DNA of 45,942 bases, taken from UHGV virus genome UHGV-0205279, one strand, 5' to 3'. The notes under the pieces were generated by a model. It worked only from the letters and a program-made list of their open reading frames with translations, made no database searches and was not told the DNA's origin. The translations under genes were made by a program, and so were the position numbers. Origin of the DNA: a virus. Of the stretch, positions 34,441 to 45,600 are shown in pieces; position 1 is the first letter of the stretch; each line of letters starts with the position of its first letter.

Positions 34441-36317
34441 AAATTGATCTTACACAAACTCATGATGTAATCGGTGCTTTTAAAAGTATTGATTGGTCAG
34501 ATATTAAGGCTAAATATCGTGAACCTGCAACTTTATACGCATTTTCTGTTTTAAACTGTGAAAAAACGACCGGATACATGGAAAAGTTGCATGCTTTTCG
34601 TCATTTAATGGACCTAACTCGCCAAAACACAAAAGACTTTCTATATCACTATGATGTGGAAGAGGCTAATAAAGCTTTAACAATTGCATCTGTAATTCCT
34701 GATGTTGATACTCATAAAATAATGCCGTTAATGGACTGGCAAAAATTTATTTTATGTCAAATTAATGGTTGGAAAGATGAGAATAATGAAAGACGATTTA
34801 CTGATATTCATATTTCAGTTGGACGTGGCCAAGGTAAGACTCAAATTGCAGCCGTTCAATTGTGTAAGGCATTCTTAGTAGATACTTGGGGCTACACAAA
34901 TAAGGACTTCTTGGTTACTGCTAACACTTCTGATCAATCAAGTAAATTATTTGGTTATGTTAAAAAGATGATGAAGACGGTTATTTCAATTGAACCATTT
35001 AAAACATTAGCTAAGAAAACTCAACTTGAAATCCAAGCTAACCAAATTATTCAAAAGAAAACTAACAATAAAATATGGAAGATTTCTTATGAAGCGGATA
35101 AATACGACTCCACTCACAACGTTTTGGCAATTTATGATGAAGCCGGAGCACTTAAGTCATTTGACCGTCTGACAGATATTCCAGACGGTCAGTCTCAGGT
35201 AATTCCATATCATCAATTTATTAAAATCAGTTCTGCTTATCCTGATCCAACAAGCCCATTTCATGATGAGCAAATAAAAATGCAAAATATCATGGAAAAG
35301 GACTTTGAACGTAAAGGAGATAACTCTCTCTGTCTTGTGTGGATGCAAGATGATCTAGATGAGACTTACAAACCTGAAACTTGGGTTAAAAGTAATCCTT
35401 TAATTGCTTTATCTGATAAAGAAAGAGAACGTAGAACAGGAAATTTAATTAAGCAAAGAGATCAAGCAATTCTTAATAACACACTTCATAAATTTCAAAA
35501 CAAAAACTTGAATCTATGGTTAAAACAATCAATTGCAAGCTATCTTAATTTGAAAGATGTTGAAGATGCTGTAGATAATGATTTTAAAATTGATGGGCGA
35601 GAAGTATTTATCGGTTTTGACTATTCAATGTTTTCAGATAACACCGCTATCGGTTTTGTTTATCCATATGGAGACGGCCAATTCCGCTTAGAACAACACA
35701 GTTTTATTCCGTGGCAACATGCAGGAAACATTGAGACTAAAGAAAATCAAGATGGAATTGTTTATCGTCAATATCCTGAATATTGCACAATTACAGCGCA
35801 CCCACAGGGTATTATCAATCCGGAGCAGATTTATAGATGGCTGCTTAACTATGTTGAACAGCACCAATTGAAAGTTAAATTCTTTGGTTATGATCGATTT
35901 GGTTCTTATCAAGTTAAAAACATTACCGAATCACTTAATGTAAATACCAACTGGTACATTATGGATATTCAGCAAAGAACATCAGCTCTTGCGAATCCGA
36001 CTAAATTTTTGCAAGAGCTTTTTGTTACGCATAAAGTAAGTATTCCTAATGATCCAGTAATGCAAAAGGCTTTACTTAATGCAGTAGTTAAGGCTGATAA
36101 AATTGGCATTCAAGTAGATAAAGACAAGGCAACGTTGAAAATTGATGTTGTGGATGCGTTAGTTGATGCACTATTTCAAGGGATGTATTACTTCGATGAA
36201 AATGCTGATTTAAATAATAAAGATACTGAAATTGATAGGATGACAGAACAACAAGTTCTGGATTGGTTTAAAAATCCTAATTCAGGACTACTAGGAGGTG
36301 AGCACGCTGGTCACTAA
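34437..36317 (+). CDS. terL: Terminase large subunit
   Basis: GRGQGKT Walker A; AIYDE Walker B; GFDYS and KIDVVDALVDA nuclease motifs. Confidence 0.96.
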   Translation: MKIDLTQTHDVIGAFKSIDWSDIKAKYREPATLYAFSVLNCEKTTGYMEKLHAFRHLMDLTRQNTKDFLYHYDVEEANKALTIASVIPDVDTHKIMPLMDWQKFILCQINGWKDENNERRFTDIHISVGRGQGKTQIAAVQLCKAFLVDTWGYTNKDFLVTANTSDQSSKLFGYVKKMMKTVISIEPFKTLAKKTQLEIQANQIIQKKTNNKIWKISYEADKYDSTHNVLAIYDEAGALKSFDRLTDIPDGQSQVIPYHQFIKISSAYPDPTSPFHDEQIKMQNIMEKDFERKGDNSLCLVWMQDDLDETYKPETWVKSNPLIALSDKERERRTGNLIKQRDQAILNNTLHKFQNKNLNLWLKQSIASYLNLKDVEDAVDNDFKIDGREVFIGFDYSMFSDNTAIGFVYPYGDGQFRLEQHSFIPWQHAGNIETKENQDGIVYRQYPEYCTITAHPQGIINPEQIYRWLLNYVEQHQLKVKFFGYDRFGSYQVKNITESLNVNTNWYIMDIQQRTSALANPTKFLQELFVTHKVSIPNDPVMQKALLNAVVKADKIGIQVDKDKATLKIDVVDALVDALFQGMYYFDENADLNNKDTEIDRMTEQQVLDWFKNPNSGLLGGEHAGH

Positions 36318-36504
36318 ATTAAAACAACAGCTGTGGAAGTATATTGATGTAATTTTCTACTTTACGGGACTTGCGGGAATTACTTTTGGAGCTTTTAAAA
36401 TTAATGAACCATTAGGTTACATCGTTGGCGGTGTAGCCTTTTTAATTTCTGGATATTTAGTGGAGCTTATCGCAGCAGGCGGTGAGAAAGGGGGTGGTAG
36501 CTAA
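36298..36504 (+). CDS. Small two-TM protein between terL and portal (DUF1056-like); start uncertain
   Basis: Hydrophobic; occupies the position usual in cos phages. Confidence 0.7.
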   Translation: MSTLVTKLKQQLWKYIDVIFYFTGLAGITFGAFKINEPLGYIVGGVAFLISGYLVELIAAGGEKGGGS

Positions 36505-37700
36505 TGCCTCTGCTTAAACTAAATAAATCTCACTCTCAAGGCTTTTCCTTAAATGATCCTGACTGGGTGACTTTTTTAACAGGTGGGGAAGCTCAAAAAT
36601 ATGTTTCTGCTGATACTGCATTAAAGAACTCTGATATTTTTTCTTTGATTATGCAATTATCAGGAGATTTAGCTATGGTTCGCTATACGGCTGATTCTGA
36701 TAGGTCTCAATCAATTATTAGCAATCCGAGCGTAACCACTAATGGCTATAGTTTCTGGCAAGGGATGTTTGCACAGCTCTTATTAGATGGAAATTGCTAT
36801 GCTTACAGGCACAAAAATACTAATGGTGTTGATTTATCGTGGGAGTATTTAAGACCTTCACAAGTGCAACCAATGCTACTGCAAGATGGGTCTGGATTGA
36901 TCTACAACATTAATTTTGATGAACCAGCAATTGGGTATATGGAAAATGTACCGGCTTCCGATATTATTCATATTCGGTTGCTTTCGAAGAATGGTGGTAA
37001 AACAGGCGTTTCACCGCTATCTGCATTAGTTAATGAACAACAGATCAAAGATGCGTCTAATGCTTTAACTTTAAAAGCATTGAAACAGTCTGTTACTGCT
37101 AGTGCAGTGTTAGCGATTCAACATGGCGGTTTGCTTGATAAAGAGACAAGAATTGCAAGATCAAAAGAAATATCTAGACAAATTCATGAATCAGATGGAC
37201 CAGTAGTAATTGACGCACTTGAAGAGTACAAGCCATTAGAAATGAAAGGTAATATTGCCAGCTTGTTAAATCAAGTCGATTGGACTAGAGATCAAATTGC
37301 AAAAGTTTATGGCGTACCAGACAGTTATTTAAACGGTCAAGGCGACCAGCAATCTTCTATTACTCAAATTAGTGGTCAGTATGCGAAATCTCTTAATCGA
37401 TATGTTCAAGCAATTATTGGCGAACTTAATTCTAAGCTTCATGCTCATATATCTGCAGATATCCGTTTTGCAATTGACACAATGGGAGATCAGTACGCAA
37501 GTACTATTTCTAACTTGGTAAAAGGTGGAACGATAGCTGGCAATCAAGCTCAATTTATTTTGCAAAATTCAGGATATTTACCTACTGATCTACCTGATCC
37601 AGAGAAGAAACCACAACAAGCAATTCAACTAATTCAACAACAAGAGGGAGGTGATGATGATGGTAACAATTCAGATGAACGGGGAAGTGATTCCGAGTGA
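36504..37700 (+). CDS. Portal protein (HK97 family)
   Basis: LLLDGNCY, IIHIR, GVSPL, IAKVYGVP. Confidence 0.95.
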   Translation: MPLLKLNKSHSQGFSLNDPDWVTFLTGGEAQKYVSADTALKNSDIFSLIMQLSGDLAMVRYTADSDRSQSIISNPSVTTNGYSFWQGMFAQLLLDGNCYAYRHKNTNGVDLSWEYLRPSQVQPMLLQDGSGLIYNINFDEPAIGYMENVPASDIIHIRLLSKNGGKTGVSPLSALVNEQQIKDASNALTLKALKQSVTASAVLAIQHGGLLDKETRIARSKEISRQIHESDGPVVIDALEEYKPLEMKGNIASLLNQVDWTRDQIAKVYGVPDSYLNGQGDQQSSITQISGQYAKSLNRYVQAIIGELNSKLHAHISADIRFAIDTMGDQYASTISNLVKGGTIAGNQAQFILQNSGYLPTDLPDPEKKPQQAIQLIQQQEGGDDDGNNSDERGSDSE

Positions 37701-38373
37701 TTACGCTGACGTTTATGATTACTTAGGCTATGAGAGTATTAATCCTAGGGCTGTTAAGCAAGCTTTGAATGACGCAGATGGATCAGACGTGACGCTTGAA
37801 ATAAATTCTCCTGGTGGCTATGTGGACGCAGGAAGTGAAATTTATACTGCACTTAAAGAGTATCAAGGAAGAGTTACGGCGAAGATTACTGGTCAAGCTT
37901 GTTCTGCTGCTTCATGGATTGCACTTGCTGCTGATCGTGTCGAAATGTCGCCAACTGCTCAAATGATGATCCATAGAGCTTCTACAATCTCAATGGGTAA
38001 TAGCGATGACTTATCTAGTGCATTGAATGCTTTAGATTCACTAGATAAATCATTTGTTGATCTGTATAGTCAACGCACGGGCTTAGACAAGCAAGAAGTT
38101 TACAGATTAATGTGCAATACAACTTGGATGAATGCTAAACAGGCCGTAGATAAAGGCTTTGCGGACGAGATTATGTTTCAAGATCAAGAACAGCCTGCAT
38201 TAGTAAATGCAGATGGTTCTCTATCAGTAAAGCCAGATATGATCAATAAAATTAAGAATTTACTTCGTAATCAATCGACCCAGAATGTCGTTAAACCTCT
38301 ACCAAAAGAAGATAAAAAGAATAATGGTCAACTTCAAAAGAAGCTGGCTATTTTATTTGGAAAGGAAAATTAA
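37657..38373 (+). CDS. Prohead protease, ClpP-like
   Basis: INSPGG, ACSAAS, MMIH, TWMNAKQAVDKGFAD. Confidence 0.93.
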   Translation: MMVTIQMNGEVIPSDYADVYDYLGYESINPRAVKQALNDADGSDVTLEINSPGGYVDAGSEIYTALKEYQGRVTAKITGQACSAASWIALAADRVEMSPTAQMMIHRASTISMGNSDDLSSALNALDSLDKSFVDLYSQRTGLDKQEVYRLMCNTTWMNAKQAVDKGFADEIMFQDQEQPALVNADGSLSVKPDMINKIKNLLRNQSTQNVVKPLPKEDKKNNGQLQKKLAILFGKEN

Positions 38374-38378
38374 GATTA

Positions 38379-39584
38379 ATGAATATCAACCAATTAAAAG
38401 ACGCGTTTGATATGGCAGGTCAAAAGGTACAAGATTTAGAAGATAAGCGCGCACAAATTGTTGTTGATCTTGGTAAAGATGAATCTTCCCACTCTGTAGA
38501 TGAAGTTGCCAAGTTAAATGAAAGTTTAAAGAATGCCAAGATGAATCAAGAATTAGCTAAGTCAGCTTATGAAGACGCTAGAGCTAACTTGAATGCTGAA
38601 CCAATTAATAAGAAACCATTGCCAGTAAAGGAAGATGGTAAAGCTGATATTAAAGCAATTAAGGACCAATTTGTTTCAGATTTTAAGAATTTAGTATCAT
38701 CTGGAACTACTGGTGCTGGAAATGCAGGTTTGACTATTCCAGAAGATATTCAATTACAAATTAGAACCTTAACGCGTTCATTTGTATCTCTTGAAAGCTT
38801 AGTCAATGTTGAAAATGTTTCTACTTCTCATGGTTCACGAGTTTACGAAAAATTGAACGATATTACGCCATTGAAAGATTTAGATGACGAAACTGCAATC
38901 ATTGGCAATAATGACGATCCAGAATTGACAGTAATTAAATACTTAATTCATCGTTACGCTGGAATTACTACTGTAACTAACACCTTATTAAAGGATACTG
39001 TAGACAACATCATTCAATGGTTAGTTAACTGGGTAGCTAGAAAAGACGTTATTACTCGTAATGCTAAGATTCTTGAAGTTATGGGCAAAGCTCCTAAGAA
39101 GCCAACTATTTCTAAGTTTGATGACATTAAGGACTTAGAAAACAACACTCTTGATCCAGCAATTGAAGCAAGTTCAAGCTTTATCACTAACCAATCTGGA
39201 TATAACATTTTGAGTAAATTAAAGGATGCAGAAGGTCGCTACTTAATGCAGCCAGATGTAACTAATCCAGATAAGTACATGATTGATGGCAAGCCTGTAG
39301 TTCGTATTGCTGATAAGTGGTTGCCAGATGTTTCCGGTTCACACCCTCTTTACTTTGGCGACTTAAAGCAAGGAATTACTTTATTTGACCGTCAACAAAT
39401 GCAAATTGACACTACTAATACTGGTGCTGGTTCATTTGAAAGCGACAGTACTAAGCTTCGTTTCATTGATCGATTCGATGTTGAATTAATTGATGATGGA
39501 GCTTTTGCTGCTGCATCATTTAAGACCGTTGCAGATCAAGCCAAAGGTGTTGCTGATACTGATAAGCAAACTACTTCAAAATAG
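38379..39584 (+). CDS. Major capsid protein (HK97 fold with N-terminal delta domain)
   Basis: Coiled-coil N-terminus; GLTIPEDI, KDAEGRYL, YFGDLK. Confidence 0.95.
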   Translation: MNINQLKDAFDMAGQKVQDLEDKRAQIVVDLGKDESSHSVDEVAKLNESLKNAKMNQELAKSAYEDARANLNAEPINKKPLPVKEDGKADIKAIKDQFVSDFKNLVSSGTTGAGNAGLTIPEDIQLQIRTLTRSFVSLESLVNVENVSTSHGSRVYEKLNDITPLKDLDDETAIIGNNDDPELTVIKYLIHRYAGITTVTNTLLKDTVDNIIQWLVNWVARKDVITRNAKILEVMGKAPKKPTISKFDDIKDLENNTLDPAIEASSSFITNQSGYNILSKLKDAEGRYLMQPDVTNPDKYMIDGKPVVRIADKWLPDVSGSHPLYFGDLKQGITLFDRQQMQIDTTNTGAGSFESDSTKLRFIDRFDVELIDDGAFAAASFKTVADQAKGVADTDKQTTSK

Positions 39585-39600
39585 TTAGAGGTGATTCTTA

Positions 39601-39981
39601 ATGGCCACTTATCTTAAGATCACTGATGGCCTTAAGAGGTCATTAGGATATCTTGATGAAGATGATTCTTTAGACGATGGTTTAAAGAATAAAATGTCAA
39701 ACGCCTTAATTGCCGCTGAAAGTTATGTTCAGCATGCAATTGGTACTGATGTTAAAGACTTCTATATTTCTGAAGAAAATAAACCACTATATACGTTAGT
39801 TTGTAATGCTTTAGCTGCTTCTTATGTGCAAAATCCAGTAAGTATTACTTCTGGTGCTGTAGTTAATGTTGACATAGTGACGAATGCCATTATTGGTCAA
39901 TTAAGAGGAAGATATGCTAAAGAATTGGAGGATCAAGATGGTCAGAATACTAAATCCCAGTCGTCAGACTCAGAGAATTGA
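39601..39981 (+). CDS. Head-tail connector (gp6-like)
   Basis: Position; AAESYVQHAIG...IIGQLR. Confidence 0.8.
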   Translation: MATYLKITDGLKRSLGYLDEDDSLDDGLKNKMSNALIAAESYVQHAIGTDVKDFYISEENKPLYTLVCNALAASYVQNPVSITSGAVVNVDIVTNAIIGQLRGRYAKELEDQDGQNTKSQSSDSEN

Positions 39982-40294
39982 GTTTGGCAAAGAATCTGAT
40001 GAACCAGAATACGACCAAAACGATAATCCCAAGCCTACAATAACCGTTCTGTGGACGACTTTAGCAATCCCTTATACTTTGAATACAACTCAAATTATTC
40101 AAGCGCAGGGGCTTAATTTAGCTGACCAGCGAATGTATGCAGTTCGTCATCGCTTAGATAGTTTCTGGGATCAAATCTCAAGAGCTATAGTTAATGGCGA
40201 GATGTATGAGGTTGTTCATATAAATCCAGATGAAAAGAACTCTCCCACAAGTTATGATTTAGTAACGGTTAAGAAGGTTGAAGATCATGGCTAA
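39938..40294 (+). CDS. Head closure protein
   Basis: GGAGG before ATG 39938; position after the connector. Confidence 0.78.
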   Translation: MVRILNPSRQTQRIEFGKESDEPEYDQNDNPKPTITVLWTTLAIPYTLNTTQIIQAQGLNLADQRMYAVRHRLDSFWDQISRAIVNGEMYEVVHINPDEKNSPTSYDLVTVKKVEDHG

Positions 40295-40766
40295 AGATAT
40301 GGGAGAGTTTTTAGATAATTGGATTGATTCAGTAGAGCAGAGTATGAAGTTATCGCCTGAAGATAAGGCCAAGATAACAGGAGCAGGTGCCGAAACTTTT
40401 AGTCAGGTGTTGCACGACCACACGCCACGAAGTAATGAAATCTATAGAAGAGGGCGCTCTGCGGGTCATGCTAATGCTAAGCATCATAATCGGCATCGAA
40501 AGACTAAACACTTACAGGACAGCATTACATATAAATCTGGTTATACTGCTGATAAATTGCATACGGGCGATACCGATGTGGGCTTTGAAGGCAAATATTA
40601 TGATTTTTTAGCAAAAATCATTAACAACGGTAAGCATAAGATGTCTGATAAAGAATTAGCTAATATGCATTTTGTTGATAAGGCCCAACAAGGAGCTAAA
40701 AGAGCAGTTGAAGAGGCAGAATTGAAAGCATATAAGGAAGTGATGAACCATGACAGCGATAAATGA
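40287..40766 (+). CDS. Tail completion protein (HK97 gp10-like)
   Basis: ITGAGA...TP...HLQDSI...VGF...NNG. Confidence 0.78.
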   Translation: MAKDMGEFLDNWIDSVEQSMKLSPEDKAKITGAGAETFSQVLHDHTPRSNEIYRRGRSAGHANAKHHNRHRKTKHLQDSITYKSGYTADKLHTGDTDVGFEGKYYDFLAKIINNGKHKMSDKELANMHFVDKAQQGAKRAVEEAELKAYKEVMNHDSDK

Positions 40767-41121
40767 CGCATATCAAGCTATTTTAAATAAAGTGCCCGGC
40801 GTAGATCGTTACTATAAAAAGCGAATAACAGGGAAAATTGATAACACTAAAACTGATTTGCTAATCACTCCAGTTATTGGAAGCTATGCCGGTTATGGTT
40901 CAAACATCCCCACTGTGGAAGTTCAAGAAATAGAAGTCCAAGTTTTTATTGGAAATGAAAATAAAACAGCTAATTTAGACACAATCAAAAACTCAATTGT
41001 GTCTTTTTTAGTGCCCAAATGGAGAGTGACATATGGACCTGATGAAGGTTTTGATCCAGAAACTGGAGAGAATATACTCACCCTTCATTTTTTACGTAAT
41101 TATGAAAGGAATTTAACCTAA
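40750..41121 (+). CDS. Probable tail terminator protein
   Basis: Size and position directly before the major tail gene. Confidence 0.7.
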   Translation: MTAINDAYQAILNKVPGVDRYYKKRITGKIDNTKTDLLITPVIGSYAGYGSNIPTVEVQEIEVQVFIGNENKTANLDTIKNSIVSFLVPKWRVTYGPDEGFDPETGENILTLHFLRNYERNLT

Positions 41122-41771
41122 TGGAATTAAACGGTTTTGCAAGAGCATTAATTGCTCCTGAAGACGATAACGCAAGATTAAAGAGCGTTGATGAATTTAA
41201 GAAGTATGGTCGATACAAAGCACAAGGTATTTTTCAAGCCGATCTGCAAACTGCTAAAGGTACTACTCAAAGTAATATCACAGGTTTAAATCCGACTATT
41301 CAAAAAGTTTATGGATCTAACACCGTTGCCGAAAGTGAAGTTGGTATTGAAAATATTTCTGCAACCTTAGCAGTGAACGACATGCCTTTTGATATTAGTT
41401 CATTATTGCAAGGCATGTATAAAGATGAAACTCATGGTGGTTATAAGCGCGCAGATAAACGCTTATTTAAAGGTGCTTATATTGCAATTTCTGAAAATCA
41501 TGGATTTCCAGTATACTATGCATTCCCTTACTGCACATTCACACCTGGTACTGGTGTAAACATGCAAACTGATGCAGCTTCTCCAGTAACTGTTCACGAT
41601 ACATTTACTGTTACTCCACAAGCACGCCCAACTGACAATTTGCTTTATCAAATTTTCGTTGGAGATCCTGATCGTGATCCGGCTTGGAAAAATGAGGAAG
41701 CAATGTTGGCTTATATTGTTGACGGCTTTCAACAGGCCTCTACGCCGGCTGGACCTGGAACTGGACATTAG
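41121..41771 (+). CDS. Major tail protein
   Basis: ITGLNP...KVYGSN motif; 216 aa; position. Confidence 0.88.
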   Translation: MELNGFARALIAPEDDNARLKSVDEFKKYGRYKAQGIFQADLQTAKGTTQSNITGLNPTIQKVYGSNTVAESEVGIENISATLAVNDMPFDISSLLQGMYKDETHGGYKRADKRLFKGAYIAISENHGFPVYYAFPYCTFTPGTGVNMQTDAASPVTVHDTFTVTPQARPTDNLLYQIFVGDPDRDPAWKNEEAMLAYIVDGFQQASTPAGPGTGH

Positions 41772-41802
41772 CAAGAGCAGGGTGGGAGAGGTAGGAACAA
41801 AT

Positions 41803-41829
41803 GAAGCAGGTTCGAATCCTGCTTTTTTT
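41803..41829 (+). terminator. Intrinsic terminator with a tRNA T-loop-like loop
   Basis: AAGCAGG-TTCGAAT-CCTGCTT followed by a T-run. Confidence 0.7.
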
Positions 41830-41848
41830 ATATGAAAGGATTTTTTAG

Positions 41849-42400
41849 ATGACACAAATAACTGTTGAAGCAAAAGAATTGGGACTTAAGCCAATCGGAG
41901 TTGACCATAGTTTTGGCATGAAAAGAAAGGCTGGTCAACTTAATCAAGATATCTCTCAAATTCAATTAGATGCACAACGGGATTTTTCTAGTGCAGTTAG
42001 AGATATGAATGTTTTACAAAAGCTTGATAAATCTAAATCAGAAGATGAACGTACGCTAGAACGCTTAGAAGATAAATATGGAACAGGTTTTGGTTCAACT
42101 GATCCAGATTATTGGAATATGAGAGTTGAATCAGTTGCCTTAGCAATTTCACCGCAAGTAAATCAAGTTACTTTAACTTCTGAAACTGAACTTAAAATCA
42201 CAGAAAAATACTTAGCTTTTATTGAAGATTTAGCAGGGATTAATACTAAAGCCAGAAAGCAAAAATTTGAAAATCAGGATTTAAGTACTGATGATATTGC
42301 TAAAGTTGCTAAAAAGCTTATGTTTGCAATTTTAGATATTAAAGAAGATTCAGAGGTTTCTGAATCAGATAAGAAAAGTAACTCTGTGGGAAATAAATAA
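41849..42400 (+). CDS. Tail assembly chaperone (gpG-like)
   Basis: Between the major tail gene and TMP. Confidence 0.8.
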   Translation: MTQITVEAKELGLKPIGVDHSFGMKRKAGQLNQDISQIQLDAQRDFSSAVRDMNVLQKLDKSKSEDERTLERLEDKYGTGFGSTDPDYWNMRVESVALAISPQVNQVTLTSETELKITEKYLAFIEDLAGINTKARKQKFENQDLSTDDIAKVAKKLMFAILDIKEDSEVSESDKKSNSVGNK

Positions 42401-42611
42401 GTTTTGGTCAGAATTTGTTGAGGACATTGATTACACTGAGCAAGATGCAATCGTTAATGGTCATGTTTCACCTGATGAAATAGAAGCATTTGACACAGAC
42501 CGCTGGGCACAAATTATGGAAGCTCAAAGCCGTAAAGATCGTCCAGTAGATGCCAGTGAATATGCTTTAAGCCAATTGACACAAGGAAAAACTAGAAAGG
42601 AGGTTAAATAA
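42375..42611 (+). CDS. Tail assembly chaperone extension (gpT-like), reachable by frameshift
   Basis: Open frame 42336-42611 without an early start codon; its stop overlaps the TMP ATG; +1 relative to gpG. Confidence 0.7.
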   Translation, partial: KVTLWEINKFWSEFVEDIDYTEQDAIVNGHVSPDEIEAFDTDRWAQIMEAQSRKDRPVDASEYALSQLTQGKTRKEVK

Positions 42612-45600
42612 TGGCAGGAAAAATACCAGTTGGAGACTTTAATACACGAATTTCTTTAGATGGCGAACAACCGATTCAAACGCTTAAATCTTTAAAGAAT
42701 GAAGTCTCATCTGCTACTAGTGCATGGAAGGCACAAGTTGCTGAATTAAAGTCAGCTGGAGACCAATTAGGCGCAGCTAAAGCTAAATACGAAGGACTAG
42801 GCGATACTTTAAAGAAACAACAATCTTTATTAGAGCGTAATAAGTCAGAATTAAATAGCCTAAAAGAAGCTCAAGCTAAGGTTGACACAACCACAGAAAA
42901 AGGTCGCAATGAATACGAAAGATATTCAAAAGAAATTGCTACTGCTGAACGCAATGTTGCTAACGCTACTACTAGAATTGCTAAATTAAGTCAGCAACAA
43001 GAAAAAGCTCGTAACTCGCTTGATTACTACAAGTCAGGATTAGCAAGCGCGCAAAGTGAGCTAAAGAAAATTACTGAATCAAGTAATGCTTATGTTGGAA
43101 GACTTGAAGCAGAAGGCAAACATGAAGAAGCCAATAAAGCTAAATTGTCTGGCTTATCACGTGAATACGACAAATTAAATCAAGTTTATAAGATCCAATC
43201 TAATGAATTATCTAAGATTGCCTCTGAGGCTGGTAAATCTAGTGAAGCATATAGACGTCAGAAAGTACGTGTAGATGAAACGGCCACAAGTCTAGCTAAG
43301 ATTAAGTCTGAAATGTCAGGCTTATCTTCAGAGATGAAGAAGGCTAATCCATCAATTTTTGACAAGATTAAAGCGAAAATCATTGGCGTAAAATCTGAAG
43401 CCAAGGAAACTCACTCCGTTTTTGGACAAGTATTTGGAGCAAATATTCTTTCTAATGTTGCTCAAAGTGCTTGGGGACATTTAACTAGTGCAATTTCTTC
43501 AGCAAAAGATGAAGCAAAGCAGTACTCGCTAGAACAAGAAACAATGCTTGCAACTTGGCATACTTTAACTGGTAGCGCTAAAGAAGGTCAAAAGTTAGTA
43601 GATATGACTACTAAAATGGCTATTGCAGCTAACAACTCTGTAAGCATGGTTGACGCTTTAAATCAAAAGTTCTACGCAATTAATAAAAATGCTGATGTTA
43701 CTGGTAAACTTACTAAATCTGTGTTAACTTTGCAGGATGCTTTTGGGGCTACTGATGACGCAGTAGAAAACTTTGGTGTTCAGTTTTCTCAAATGATGGC
43801 GAATGGTAAAGTATCTGCACAAGATATGATGTCATTTGTTAACGTCTTCCCTGTATTAAGAACTAATTTGCTGAAAACAGAACAATCCATTACTCATAAT
43901 TCCAAAATGACAATGAGTCAGATGAATGACTTAATGTCAGCTGGAAAAATCACTTCTAAAACTATGGAAAAGGTTTTAGAAGATACAGCAAAACAATATC
44001 AAGGTGCTACTGAGAACTTTGGTAAGACAATTCCGGGGATGATGAGAACTGTTAAGTCTCAAATGCCTGTTTTGCTTTCTGCAATTAGTGACCCTTTAAC
44101 TAAAGCAGCTAATCCTATTGTTGCTCGTATTAGCGATTGGATTACTTCTAAAAATACTAAAAATGCCTTCACAAAATTAGGAAAAACATTTTCAGATGGA
44201 TTAAATAAAACCCTTAATTCTATGTCTAAAGGCACTGGCAAAAGTGCAGGCAAGGATATTACTGATACGCTTAATAGAGGTTTAGAAAAATTAAATGGTC
44301 TTATAAAAGATACTTTTAATTTTCTCTCAGCTCATGGTAAAGACATTGCAAGCATAGTTGTAGATGTTGGTAAATTAAGTGGAGCAATTGGAAAACAGGT
44401 TTGGAAAGATTTTGCTAATATTATTAGCACAATTGGTGGTGCATTTGGACTTGTAAGTGATAAGGCTTCTAAATCTAATGATCCATTAGCTAAAATTGCT
44501 GATATTGTTCATAATCTTGCTAAAAATAAAACAGCTATTAAATTAATTGCTGGATACTTAGTAATTATGGCAACTATAAAGACATTAAGTCCATTAGCAA
44601 CGGGTTTAATGGGAATTGCTAAGGGTGGAAAAGCAGCCTATAAATTTATTAAAGGAATGCCAGACGCATTTGAAACAATGCAAATTAAAGGTCTGCTTGC
44701 AATTGATAAATTGAAGTCAGGCTTTGGTAAATTAGGCTCAGTAATTAAAGATCTTTATTCTAATACTGGAAAAGGAAAATTTTCTGGCGCATTACAATCA
44801 ATTCACTCTGCTGGTGGATTCAGTGGCTTGTCAACAGCTGGTAAAGTTGCTACTGGTGTAGCAGGTGTAGGTGTTGCTTTAGATGCTGGTTCATCTATCC
44901 TATCAGCATTCAAAGATAAGAAAGGATCAATGAAGCAGTACCAAGATGCAGGAAAAGGAATAGGTTCTGCAATTGGTGGCGGTATTGGTCTTTTCTTTGG
45001 TGGTCCTGCTGGTGCAGCAATCGGTTCACAAATTGGTAAGATTGCCGGTGGCTGGGGTGGTAAAGCAACCAAAGAGTTCCTTAATGGTTGGAAATCTAAA
45101 AAGCCACCTAAGAATTTCTGGTCTATCGAGAATTTAGGCTGGTCTACTAAGGACGCTTTAAGCAAAGCTGGAAAAGGTATAGATTCTTGGTGGAAAGGAA
45201 TCCAAAAATCTAATAAGAAAGCACAAGCTGAACAAAAGGAGGCAGCAGAACAAGCCGAAAAGCAACGTCAAAAAGAAAAGAAAGCCTGGGATAAATATTG
45301 GTCTAATGTAGGTAAAGGCTTTGAAAAATTTGGTAAAGATTCCAAGAAAAATTTAGACAAATCAGTTAAAAATGCCCAAAATTTTACAAAGAAATTAGGA
45401 CCTAATATTAAAAAGGGCTATGATACCTTTCTTAAAAATGGGCACAATTTTTTTAAGAAGTTCAATACTAATTTAGGTGATTTCTTCAAATCCATTCCTA
45501 AAAATAAATATGTTAAAGCGTTCCAGAAAGGGACGCTTTTTCAAACTGCTTATAAGGACATCAATAAGCAAACCTCAAAATGGACTAAAGATTTTAGTAA

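Noticed and set aside
42388..42396. Lambda-like -1 slippery site G GGA AAT
   Set aside because: The -1 frame stops immediately (GGG AAA TAA).
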